This document shows positions 28,491 through 37,905 of a DNA stretch of 64,000 nucleotides, piece after piece. Under the pieces are notes generated by a model, which saw nothing but the letters and a program-made list of their open reading frames with translations, made no database searches and had not been told where the DNA came from. The DNA comes from an uncultured Acidobacteriota bacterium (GTDB lineage: Bacteria > Acidobacteriota > Vicinamibacteria > Vicinamibacterales > CAVVIG01). Location: positions 449,203 to 513,202 of the forward strand of contig CAVUZL010000014.1 in assembly GCA_963745875.1 (NCBI GenBank), in the 5' to 3' direction. The position numbers were made by a program, and so were the translations under genes. Every line of letters starts with the position of its first letter. Within the stretch, counting starts at the first letter, position 1.

Positions 28491-30926
28491 CTATCGCCGT
28501 CGTCCGCCGCCTCCGCGCGGCGCGCTGCGCGCGCCACCGCTAGAAGGCCTGTAGCTGCTCGAGCTCGTTCGCCCGCCGCCGGTCGCGTTGTAATCGTTGG
28601 TCCGCTGCGCGCCTTCGGCCCGCGCCGCCGAGTCGCGATTCAGCTGATTGACCGTGGACGAATCGGCGCCGGATCGCGCACTCGAGGCACGGTCCTGCGC
28701 GTCGGCCCGCTGCTGGGTGGACGGATTCGGCTTCTCGACGTTGTCCCAGCCGCCGCTGCCGTTGGATTGCTCCCAGCCGCCGCCGGATTCCTTGCGATAG
28801 ACGTTGCCGTCGCGGCCGGCATAGACATCGCCGCTGCCTGTGCGTGCGACGCCGCTGCCGCCAGGTCCGGGCGTGTTGCGGGTCGCGGCGGCGCCGCCGC
28901 CACTACCCTGCGTCACGCGAGTGGTGGTGCCGGTGGCCCGATTGGTATAGCGGGACGTGGACGCCCACTGATCGCCGCGGGCGACGGCGGTCTGTCCCCA
29001 GCTGCCGTATACGTTCGATCCCTGTCGGGTTGTGCCAACCGCGCCGGTGCGTGGGTTGTACGCAGAGGCGGCACCGCGCGCGCCGCCCGGACCCCACGCG
29101 ACCGCGCCGCGTGAGTAGGTTCCGGTCCTCGGGTTGTAGCGCGCGCCTACACCAGCGCCGCCGTACGGACCGTACGCCGTGACGCCACGGCTGTAGGCGC
29201 CGGTCCATGGATTGTACGAAGCGTGATAGCCGTAGGTCGGATAGTACGGGCGGTACATCGGATAGTACCCGCCGTAGCCGACGTACGGCGGGTAGTACCA
29301 GCCACTGCCCCAGACCACACAGCCCCACGCGATCATCATCCCGGTGTAGGCAGCGGCCGCCACATAGACGGCGGTATCGTCGTGATCCTCCTGCACCGTC
29401 ACGTAGGTGACGGTGTGCGAGGGCGAGCTGGCCGGAATCGTGTAGATCTCACCGGGAACGGAACCGGTCGCTTCCCAGGGACCGGTCGGGCTCTTACCCA
29501 TGAACCAGACGCCCTGGAAGCACATGTAGTAGAGATCGCCGACCTTGATGATGTCCTTGTCGGTGTTCGCGGCGCGCTGGAGGTTCGTGTTCTCGATCGG
29601 TTGAAATTGCGGCGTGCCGCCGTCGTACTGCACTTCGGGCGCCTTGACCTGCTTCTTGTTGACCGTCGCTGTCTGCGGGACCTGCGCCAGCAGCACCGCT
29701 TCGGCGGCCTGATCGGTGCCGGGGACCGATGCCAGGACGCGCGAGCGATCGTGCGAGAGCGGAATCTTCTTGAATTCTTCAGGCAGCGACTGCGTCGCGA
29801 ACGTCCAGGGCCCGGTGAAATCGGGCGCACTGAACCAACGGCCCGACACCAGGAAGTACACCGTGCCGGCCTTGCCCAGCCTGAACACGTCGCTTTCGGT
29901 GTTGTTCACCCACAGCAGCTTCGTGCTGCCGACGACGAGATAACTGGGCGCGCCTCGCAGCAGAATCAACTCGGCGGGTTTTTCGCTCACGAAGACCTTC
30001 GGCATGGCGGATGAACTCAGCGACTCGCCCGGGAGCGCCTCCTTCACGTCTTTCCAGTTGCCGTCGTCCGGCAGTTTCTTGAAGCTGTCCGGCAGCGTGT
30101 CGGTGTCTTCCCATGGGCCCTTGACGTCCTTCGCGGTGAGCCAGCTCTTCTCGTAACGCAGAAAGTACGCCTTGCTCGGCGTGTCCTGAAACAGATCCCA
30201 GTTGGTGTTGACCGCGAACTTGAGATCGTTTCCCTTGATCGGGCTCCAGATCGGCTCGCCGTCGATGTTCACGAGCACGGCCTTCGTCGTGCTGTAGAAG
30301 ATCGGCGGCGGGTCGGCTTTCACGTCGGTGAGGTTCTTCGGAATGATCTGACTCTTGTCGACGCCCGCCAGCACACGATCGAGCGCGATGACCAGTGCGC
30401 CGTCGGGGACCAGCTTGATCAGGTCGGCGACCACCGCCTTGTGCTCGTCAGGGGAGAGGGTTGGAAAATTTGATTCGGTGATTTTTGCGTCGGTGAAGTT
30501 CACCAGGCGATCGTCGATCGCGACCGACGTGCTGGCTTCCAGCTTGACGCTGCCGAGCCCCGGCTTGGGGGCGCCCTTCGCCGCGAAGGACACGGCCGCG
30601 TAGAAGACGATCTTTTGCTGTCCGTCCCAGCTCGCGACCTGCGGCTGAAAAATCCGGAGCGCACCGCCGTCCGCGGTGGTGTAATCACGCGGCCAGCCGC
30701 CGTCAACCTCGCGAGGGCGCGCGGCCGCCGTCGCACCGGCCGGTTTGGCGGTCGTCGCGGGAGGCTTGGCCGTCGTAGCCTGAGGTTTGGCGGTCGTGGC
30801 GTCGGCAGGCTTGGCTGCTGGCGCCGCCGTCTGCGCCTCGAGCAGCGGCGCGATCGGTGAGAGACACATGCTGCCCGCAGTCAGCAGCGCGACAAACGGA
30901 CGGGACGTTCGGCGTGGAAACCCCAT
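28491..30926 (-). CDS. large secreted protein of unknown function with ATTAKPx repeats and a Tyr/Gly/Asn/Arg-rich C-terminal tail
   Basis: Signal peptide after ATG 30926. A globular region of about 450 aa that I could not assign. The C-terminal 280 aa are low-complexity with repeated YNPRTG..SRG units and end RGGGGRRR. Confidence 0.75.
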   Translation of the reverse strand: MGFPRRTSRPFVALLTAGSMCLSPIAPLLEAQTAAPAAKPADATTAKPQATTAKPPATTAKPAGATAAARPREVDGGWPRDYTTADGGALRIFQPQVASWDGQQKIVFYAAVSFAAKGAPKPGLGSVKLEASTSVAIDDRLVNFTDAKITESNFPTLSPDEHKAVVADLIKLVPDGALVIALDRVLAGVDKSQIIPKNLTDVKADPPPIFYSTTKAVLVNIDGEPIWSPIKGNDLKFAVNTNWDLFQDTPSKAYFLRYEKSWLTAKDVKGPWEDTDTLPDSFKKLPDDGNWKDVKEALPGESLSSSAMPKVFVSEKPAELILLRGAPSYLVVGSTKLLWVNNTESDVFRLGKAGTVYFLVSGRWFSAPDFTGPWTFATQSLPEEFKKIPLSHDRSRVLASVPGTDQAAEAVLLAQVPQTATVNKKQVKAPEVQYDGGTPQFQPIENTNLQRAANTDKDIIKVGDLYYMCFQGVWFMGKSPTGPWEATGSVPGEIYTIPASSPSHTVTYVTVQEDHDDTAVYVAAAAYTGMMIAWGCVVWGSGWYYPPYVGYGGYYPMYRPYYPTYGYHASYNPWTGAYSRGVTAYGPYGGAGVGARYNPRTGTYSRGAVAWGPGGARGAASAYNPRTGAVGTTRQGSNVYGSWGQTAVARGDQWASTSRYTNRATGTTTRVTQGSGGGAAATRNTPGPGGSGVARTGSGDVYAGRDGNVYRKESGGGWEQSNGSGGWDNVEKPNPSTQQRADAQDRASSARSGADSSTVNQLNRDSAARAEGAQRTNDYNATGGGRTSSSSYRPSSGGARSAPRGGGGRRR
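30738..30800 (-). repeat. in-frame tandem repeat, 3 x 21 nt (ATTAKPQ/ATTAKPP/ATTAKPA)
   Basis: Read from the translation of residues 43-63 of the 28491..30926 product, and from the DNA (ggtttggcggtcgt.. units). Confidence 0.8.
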
Positions 30927-31456
30927 TTTGATACCGTCCTCGATCTGAAGCCGCCGCGAAGTCACACAATTCCCCCCAGTCTTCGAGCACGCTCCGTGCC
31001 GCCTCAGGTGCGCGTGGTGAACGCCCGCCAACGGGCTCGGACCGGCGGAATTGGAACGAATGACTGGCTAAATTGCCAGAAACAGGGCGTGCTTCTGCGA
31101 AACGGTTTGAGAACTTCAGGGCGTATGACGCCTGACCAGGATGCGAGACTCCGGCCGTTCGGAGTCTCGGACAAACCTCGGAGGCGTACCCCCTGATTCA
31201 GCGCGATTCTCGGAGCCGCCTCCGACACGCCGGAGATCCCCGAGGGTCCAGGCTCCCTCCGACCCCTGCTCGATCGTCGAACATGCTCTCCAGCCGCTAT
31301 TTATCGTCACCGCTCAAAAGCGGTCGAATGGCAGCCGTCTTGCTCGTGCGAACCGCTGCGGTAGGGGTGCGTCACTATCGTGGCGCGAGCACTTCAAATC
31401 CCGAGCGCGTGACGCGCTACACCGCGAAGTTCGTCCCCCGAAAAGGAGAAGAGGTC

Positions 31457-32029
31457 ATGATGCGGCATCGAACCATCATCACGGGAACGGCCCTGCTCGC
31501 CTTGCTCGCCGGTCCGGGAGTCCTCTGCGCGCAGGCGCAGACAACCACGCAGAAGACCAAGGGCTCGATCCATGTCGAGAGCACAAGGATGACGGGAGTC
31601 GTCGATTGGATTCAGGGCAACACGCTCGTCGTGAAGATGCGACCGCATGGCGAGTACCGCGTGTTCATCGTGCCGGCAGATCGCGAATTCGACATCGACG
31701 GTCAGATTAAACACGTCGGTGATATCAAGCGTGGCACCGTCCTTACCGCCACGGTGTTGACGACGACACAGCCAGTGACCGTTCGCACGACCAGCTCGCT
31801 CAGCGGCACCGTGGCATGGGTCCAGGGCAACTACGTGGTCCTGACGCTGGAAAACGGCGAAAACCACGAGTACCACGTCCCCGCGTCATTCAAGTTCGTC
31901 GTCGACGGCAAACCGGCGTCAGTCGCCGAGCTCAAGCAGGGCATGAAGGTATCGGCCACCAAGATCGTCGAACAGCCGCACACCGAGCTCTCGTCGAAAA
32001 TGACTGTGACCGGCACCGCGCCGAAGTAA
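31457..32029 (+). CDS. secreted repeat beta-rich protein (hypothetical)
   Basis: AAGGAGAAGAGG RBS, then ATG 31457. Signal peptide TGTALLALLAGPGVLCAQA. Repeated modules (GVVDWIQGNTLVVKM..., GTVAWVQGNYVVLTL...) with (I/L)K.G motifs, similar in style to 27896..28441. Confidence 0.7.
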   Translation: MMRHRTIITGTALLALLAGPGVLCAQAQTTTQKTKGSIHVESTRMTGVVDWIQGNTLVVKMRPHGEYRVFIVPADREFDIDGQIKHVGDIKRGTVLTATVLTTTQPVTVRTTSSLSGTVAWVQGNYVVLTLENGENHEYHVPASFKFVVDGKPASVAELKQGMKVSATKIVEQPHTELSSKMTVTGTAPK

Positions 32030-32072
32030 GCCTCCTGGCGAGCGCGGGATTCCGCGCTCGCCGAGCTTCCAT

Positions 32073-33974
32073 GTGAATACGAAACCTGATCGCCGTACGC
32101 GCGTCGTCGCGGCCTCGTTGCTGGCTGCGGCGCTGATGGCCGTGCCTCGCAACATCACGTCCGCGCAGCAGGCGCCTGCCGCTCAGCCACCGCCCGCACA
32201 GTTTGGCGGTTCCTATTCGGCGCTGGACCCACGCCGCCAGCACCTCGTGGACGACTTCGTGCTGCGCTACGCTGCGGTCACCAACACGAAGCCGGAACCG
32301 GGGCCGTTCTATGACGAGCACGTCGCGATGTCGTCGAGGACCACCTTCGACGCCATCACCTACGCGCTCGAGCGGACGACGCTGTCCGATGCCTCTGGGC
32401 AACGCCTGGGTGACGCGCTCGACCTGATCGAGCACGTCGAATCGATTCACGGGCAGATCGACAACGCCTCGGGCGACCATCAGTTCCGGATGTACGCCGT
32501 GCTCAAGGAGGGCACCATCGATCGGCTCAGCCGCTCTCAGGAGTTCAAGCGCGAGGGCGACAACACGGTCTATCACCACGGCTACCCGATCAACTACCGG
32601 CAGAACGGCGGCGCGCCGTCCATTCAGTTCTCGATCGCGCTCGACGGCCGGCGAGCCGACATCGACGTGGACTACCGCTCCTCGAGCTTTCCGGCGGCGC
32701 TCTTCAACGGCCATCTGACCGCGGCGAACTCCGACGTGCGGGCCGGCAACAACTACGACCGCCACACCGGCCGCTGGAACGGGTTTCAGAACTGGTGGCG
32801 TAACTTTTTCGGCATCGGCTTGAACGGGTCGTCCGACAACGTGCCCGACAATCGCTCGCAGATCCTGCCGCGGACGCCGCGCATCGGCGACCAGGACGTG
32901 GATGTGATGATGGCAGACTTCCTGAAAGCGTGGCTGATCGAGGGCAATGTGCCCGAGGCCATGGCCTACGTCTCGCCGCGCTCCTACGCCTGCCTGACCG
33001 AGGACAGCGACGATCCGTTCGCAGTCGATCGCGGCACCGCGCCGTTCATCATGAGCGGGAACCTGAAGGCCGCGTACGATGCGCTCGGCCCCCACACCTC
33101 GCTCGAGGGCCTGACCGTCGGCGTCCGGCTGACGCTTCCCGCGCTGCGGGTCGTCAAACAGCCGCACCACGCGCAGTACGTCATCTACTCGGTACCCGAC
33201 GATGTGGCGATGGCCTTCAACTGCGAGAGCCGGCTGCGGCTGGACGATCCGAAGAAGTCCCGTCGGCGCTACGGCAATTATTTCGGGGCGATCTTCAACG
33301 TCAACACGCCGGCCGGCAGGGAACATTCCATCGCCTTGTTGTGGACTCGCGAGGACGACTACTGGAAGATCGTCTCGTGGAAGGCGGAACCAGGCGGCGA
33401 CGATCACGAGCAGCGGGATTTGTCGCCCGCCGTCAAGACGGTGAGGATCAAAGCCGACGACACGCTGGTGGCGGCGGCGCGCGGCTTCCTCGAGAGCTGG
33501 CTGCTTCACAAGGACTACGACGCCGCCTTCGAGTACGTGTCGCCGAAGGCGTACGCGTGCTACGACCTGGTCCGGGGTCCCGATCAGCCGGCGGCCACCT
33601 CTCTCGAGGACGCCGGGCGGAAGATCCGCGCCAATCTCGCAAGCGCCGGCGACCGTATCGGCGAACGGCGCAGCGTCGATGAAATCGTCGAGGGCGTCCA
33701 GCCGGTCCATCCGTCCGTACGTGTGATGGAACATCGCTACTCACGGACGTTCGCGCTTGGCAGCCTGCCGGTGGCCCTCTCAGAAGCGTCCGACTGCTCC
33801 TTCCGCGCCCGCGGCGGCACCTTCAACGGCGACCTGCAGCCCGAGTACGGCAACGCGTTCGGCATGACCGTACGGTTCAAGACAGCCGGCGGCGAGGCGC
33901 CCGTCCTGCGGATGCTGTGGCAGAAAGACCCCGAGGCCTGGCGCATCACGGCCTACAGCATCGAAACACCCTGA
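32073..33974 (+). CDS. large secreted hypothetical protein
   Basis: 633-aa ORF with a GTG start and signal peptide VVAASLLAAALMAVP. It contains an internally duplicated motif: AMAYVSPRSYACL and AFEYVSPKAYACY. No family recognised. Confidence 0.7.
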   Translation: MNTKPDRRTRVVAASLLAAALMAVPRNITSAQQAPAAQPPPAQFGGSYSALDPRRQHLVDDFVLRYAAVTNTKPEPGPFYDEHVAMSSRTTFDAITYALERTTLSDASGQRLGDALDLIEHVESIHGQIDNASGDHQFRMYAVLKEGTIDRLSRSQEFKREGDNTVYHHGYPINYRQNGGAPSIQFSIALDGRRADIDVDYRSSSFPAALFNGHLTAANSDVRAGNNYDRHTGRWNGFQNWWRNFFGIGLNGSSDNVPDNRSQILPRTPRIGDQDVDVMMADFLKAWLIEGNVPEAMAYVSPRSYACLTEDSDDPFAVDRGTAPFIMSGNLKAAYDALGPHTSLEGLTVGVRLTLPALRVVKQPHHAQYVIYSVPDDVAMAFNCESRLRLDDPKKSRRRYGNYFGAIFNVNTPAGREHSIALLWTREDDYWKIVSWKAEPGGDDHEQRDLSPAVKTVRIKADDTLVAAARGFLESWLLHKDYDAAFEYVSPKAYACYDLVRGPDQPAATSLEDAGRKIRANLASAGDRIGERRSVDEIVEGVQPVHPSVRVMEHRYSRTFALGSLPVALSEASDCSFRARGGTFNGDLQPEYGNAFGMTVRFKTAGGEAPVLRMLWQKDPEAWRITAYSIETP

Positions 33975-33992
33975 CGCACCTTTCCTTTCACC

Positions 33993-34048
33993 GATAGCGC
34001 GGGCCCTTCTGGCCCGCGTCTCACGCGACCCTGAAAGGGTCGCGCCAC
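33993..34048. repeat. REP/REPIN-like doublet (two GC hairpins in inverted orientation)
   Basis: The left unit is atagcg+cgcgggcc-cttct-ggcccgcg. The right unit is cgcgaccc-tgaaa-gggtcgcg+ccac. It is the same unit seen at 38963, 41533 and 52262. Confidence 0.75.
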
Positions 34049-34178
34049 GCCGAATCGAAAGCCGAGCTGGAAGCGTCCGCGACGGTCGTACAATCGTCTT
34101 CGACGATGCCCGGGCGTCGTCGAACACCACGCGGGCGACGACCAACGACTACGAATCGGCGGTCAGGGAGAGATCAAC

Positions 34179-34715
34179 ATGAACACTGACGACCTCCGGG
34201 CGCTGCAGGCGCCGTTGAAAGACAAGTACCGAGACGAGCCGGCGGCGGCGCTCGTCACCTTGACCGCGCGCGGAGAGATTGGCGACGGAATTTCGTGCAG
34301 CGTGCAGACAGGACGCGCCCTCGTCAAGGCAGGTCTGCATCCGGCCACTGGCGGCACCGGCGCCCTCGCCTGTTCAGGCGACATGCTGCTCGAGGCGCTG
34401 GCCGCGTGCGCCGGGGTGACGTTGAGCGCCGTCGCTACTGCCATTGGCGTCAATCTCAGAGGCGGAGCCGTCAACGTCGAAGGGGACCTGGACTTCCGCG
34501 GAACGCTCGGGGTTTCGAAGGAGGCCCCAGTGGGATTTCAGGCGATCCGACTCACATTCGACATCGACACCGACGCGTCGCAGGAACAGCTCGACACGCT
34601 CCAGCGTCTGACCGAACGTTATTGCGTCGTCTATCAGACTCTGTCCCGGCCGTTGTCGATCGAGGTAACGCGGACGCAGCTGGCCACCGCGACTGACGGG
34701 AACCAGCACCTGTAG
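34179..34715 (+). CDS. OsmC family peroxiredoxin-like protein
   Basis: GLHPATGGTGALACSGDMLLEALAACAGVTL ... RLTERYCVVYQTL, which carries the two conserved Cys contexts of OsmC/Ohr. Confidence 0.85.
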   Translation: MNTDDLRALQAPLKDKYRDEPAAALVTLTARGEIGDGISCSVQTGRALVKAGLHPATGGTGALACSGDMLLEALAACAGVTLSAVATAIGVNLRGGAVNVEGDLDFRGTLGVSKEAPVGFQAIRLTFDIDTDASQEQLDTLQRLTERYCVVYQTLSRPLSIEVTRTQLATATDGNQHL

Positions 34716-34821
34716 TCCGGCCGGATCGGCCGGCGTCGTGTTCGAGTCCGGGCAGACGATGTGGACTATGATGCCGCCAACGCGGAGCCGCCACGGGGCG
34801 GCATTGCCCGGGAGCGGCATC

Positions 34822-36739
34822 ATGGCTGTATCAGCCTCGAGACTCGCCGGCGTCATCACCCTTGCGTCAGTTGTGGCGGCGGCCGCCGCCGCGGGCATCG
34901 CGGACACCCCGCGCGGCGCCACCGACTGGCCCAGCACCAACTACGATCAGACCGCCAATCGCTACAGCCCGCTCACCCAGATCACGCGACAAAACGTCGG
35001 CACGCTGCAGCGCGTCTGGAGCATCCACCTCAAGCCCGCCGGCTATACCGGCCCGATGCGGGAGGACGAAGCCATTCCCATCGTGATCGGCAACACGATG
35101 TACCTCGCATCGCCGTACGGCACCATCATCGCGCTCGACGCCACGACCGGCGTCGAGAAGTGGCGATATCAGCTTCCCAACAATGAAGTGCCGGCGAAGC
35201 GCGGCGTCGCGTACTGGCCGGGCGGCGGCGTTCCCGCGCTACCGCCTTCGATCATGTTCGGATCCACGACGGGCAAGCTGTACTCGCTGAAGGCGGCGGA
35301 CGGCACGCTCAACGAATGGTTTGGCGAGAACGGCCTGATCACGCTCAAGACGCCGGCGGTCATGCAGACCGGGATGAACGCCGCGTACTCGCTGCTGTCG
35401 TCACCCACCATCTACAAGGATCTCATCATCACGGGCGCGGGCACGGGTGAAGGGCCAGGCGGCTCCAACGGCGGCGCGGGACCGGCGGGCGACACGCGTG
35501 CGTGGGACGCCAGGAGCGGCAAGCTGGTGTGGACGTTCCATACGGTGCCGCGGCCGGGGGAACTCGGCTACGACACCTGGGGCAGCGACAGCACCAAGAA
35601 CCGATCCGGCGTCAACGTCTGGGGCTACACCTCACTCGATGCAGAGCGCGGCATCCTCTACATGCCGCTCGGCGCGCCGAACAACGACCGCGTCGGCATC
35701 GACCGCCCCGGCGACAATCTGTTCTCGTCGTCAGTCGTCGCGGTTGACGCGAACACCGGAAAGTATCTCTGGCATTTTCAGCTCGTGCACCATGACATCT
35801 GGGACTACGACACGCAGTCGGCGCCGCTGCTCGTCGATCTGCGCCGGGACGGACAGCTCGTGCCCGCGGTCATCATCGTCAACAAGACCGGCTTGATGTT
35901 CACACTCAACCGCGTCACCGGCAAACCGATCTTCCCGATCGAGGAGCGCCCGGTGCCGAAAAGCGAGGTGCCCGGCGAGCAGGCGTCTCCGACGCAGCCG
36001 TTCCCGGTCAAGCCCGAGCCGCTGGCGCAGAACACGATCGCCCGCAACAATCTCTACAAAGGCGAGCCGCAGCATCAGTCGTATTGCGAACACCTGGTTG
36101 ACGACAACAACATGAAGCTGGGCGGACCGTTCATGCCGATTGCGCTCAACCAGTACAGCATCTCGCCTCCGGGTCCGGCCGGCGGCATCAACTTCTGGGG
36201 ACCGTCGTACGATCCGGAGCTGCATCTGTTCATCTCGAACACCAGCAATATTTTTCAGCCGATGCGCCTCGTCAAGCGCGATGACGGTTCCTACGCCAAT
36301 TCCGGACCGCTCGCCGGCACTCGGCGCTTCGGCGATCCGGATCGGCACCTGCTGTGCGGCCCGACACCGTGGGGAGAACTGGTCGCGGTCAACATGGACA
36401 CCGGCGATATCGCCTATCGCAAGACGCTCGGCGTCTCCGACGTGCTGCCGGCCGGGCATGCAGGACACCGGTCGTCCAAGTTCCGGCGGCGTCGTGCTGA
36501 CCGCGAGCGGCCTCACGTTCGTTGGCGGAACCGACGATTTCAGGTTCCGCGCCTTCGCGACTGCCACCGGCGAGAAGCTCTGGGAGATCAAGCTGTCCTC
36601 GTCGATCGAAACGACGCCGATCACCTACCAGGGAGCCGACGGGCGGCAGTTCGTCACCGTGGTCAGCACCGGCGGCGGGCTGACCGGATCGCAAGTGACC
36701 AACGACGAGATCATCGCGTTCGCGTTGCCGAAGCAATGA
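34822..36739 (+). CDS. PQQ-dependent dehydrogenase (quinoprotein beta-propeller), interrupted by one +1 frameshift near 36454-36457
   Basis: Signal peptide, then WPSTNYDQTANRYSPLTQI ... IVIGNTMYLASPYGTIIALDATTGVEKWRYQ ... repeated W-motif propeller blades. The frame ends its homology at ...VLPAG, and the continuation MQDTGRPSSGGVVLTASGLTFVGGTDDFRFRAFATATGEKLWE is in ORF 36140..36739. The DNA reads gcc ggg c atg. Confidence 0.85.
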
Positions 36740-36752
36740 CGCTGAACCGCGT

Positions 36753-37583
36753 TCACGGCTCGATCGGCACCCAGAGTTCCAGGCCGCCGAGCCCGGTGCG
36801 GGCGTCGAACGACTTGCCATATCGCTCGAACGCGGGGCCGTCACTGGCTCGGAGACCGCCGTCAGCGAGGGCGTGATTCCAGATCGCCTGCCACCTGGCC
36901 GACACCGTCGAGATGTGTTCGCGGTGATCGAAGACGGCGTAGGTCTGTGGCGGGATTCGCAGGCGCGCGAACTCGCTGGGATGTGACGGGAACTCGCTCA
37001 CGCGAACGCCGCAGATGTAGTCGATGCTTCCGCTCTCATCTGTGTTGCAGATGACGCCGTAGGTTTCATCACCCGCCTGATGTGCGATGTGCCCGAGATG
37101 CGGCAGGAAGCGATCCCACTGCGACGGAATGCCGGCGTTGCTCCGCTGATATCGCTGGCTGAGGCCGAAGATCAGCAGGTCGTCCCCGCGAACGATCCGG
37201 GGCGGATTGATCGACGCTGATGTGCTATCAGTCATTCGGATTGGCTCCTGAAGATGAAGTCCTGCGACAGACCTGCGTTCCCGCACAGCATCGGGTGTCA
37301 GCTCGAACTGCTGGCGGAAGGCGCGGGTAAACGCTTCGTGGGATCCGTAGCCGGCATCGAGCGCGACGGTTAGGATGTCCGGGGCGGTGTCGGCGAGCCG
37401 CCGGGCCGCTTCGCTGAGACGCCTCGCGCGCACGTATGAGGCAAGCGCGCAACCGACGCTCAGGCCGAACGCCCGCGAAAGATGAAATCGCGATACCCCG
37501 ACCGAGTCAGCGATGGCCTCGAGAGAGTTGTCTCCGCTCAGATGGCTTTCGACATACCACAGCGCCTTGGCCGTCACGTTCAT
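36753..37583 (-). CDS. AraC family transcriptional regulator with GyrI-like effector domain
   Basis: HTH region LEAIADSVGVSRFHLSRAFG ... ILTVALDAGYGSHEAFTRAFRQQF, plus a C-terminal domain of about 150 aa. Confidence 0.88.
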   Translation of the reverse strand: MNVTAKALWYVESHLSGDNSLEAIADSVGVSRFHLSRAFGLSVGCALASYVRARRLSEAARRLADTAPDILTVALDAGYGSHEAFTRAFRQQFELTPDAVRERRSVAGLHLQEPIRMTDSTSASINPPRIVRGDDLLIFGLSQRYQRSNAGIPSQWDRFLPHLGHIAHQAGDETYGVICNTDESGSIDYICGVRVSEFPSHPSEFARLRIPPQTYAVFDHREHISTVSARWQAIWNHALADGGLRASDGPAFERYGKSFDARTGLGGLELWVPIEP

Positions 37584-37678
37584 GACGATCGATCATGCCC
37601 GGTCGGCACACGACCCGCTTGATAGTTCTTGCGGTCGGTTATTTCCGTCACTGGCACGATCCTTGATGGATCGCAGCC

Positions 37679-37903
37679 ATGGCCAAGTCACGTTGGGGAT
37701 TGTGCTCGGAGTGCAAGTGGTGGCAGCTCGAGCCTCGAGCGAGAACGAGCGCGCACACACTCGGTTTGTGCATCGACGAAAAACTGCAGCCGTTTCGCCT
37801 GCGCGTCTCCGGCGACAGCGGCTGCAACCGATTCATGGACGGTGAACCGGCGCGGGCCAAAGGCTCGTCCACCGCGCCGCCGAAGGCGCGGCCGGTTCGA
37901 TAG
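37679..37903 (+). CDS. small four-Cys hypothetical protein
   Basis: 74-aa ORF with a C-x2-C pair (CSEC) plus two further Cys (GLC, SGC). The codon usage looks coding. No clear SD was seen. Uncertain. Confidence 0.35.
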   Translation: MAKSRWGLCSECKWWQLEPRARTSAHTLGLCIDEKLQPFRLRVSGDSGCNRFMDGEPARAKGSSTAPPKARPVR

Positions 37904-37905
37904 GC

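Noticed and set aside
31932-33734. 600-aa minus-strand ORF antisense to the 633-aa secreted protein gene
   Set aside because: Extreme Arg/Val/Asp/His bias and no motifs, and the plus-strand frame has a signal peptide and protein-like composition. The same reasoning applies to 12791..14236, 39080..40321, 44037..46358, 46532..47635, 49138..50238, 50856..52271 and 52646..54181.
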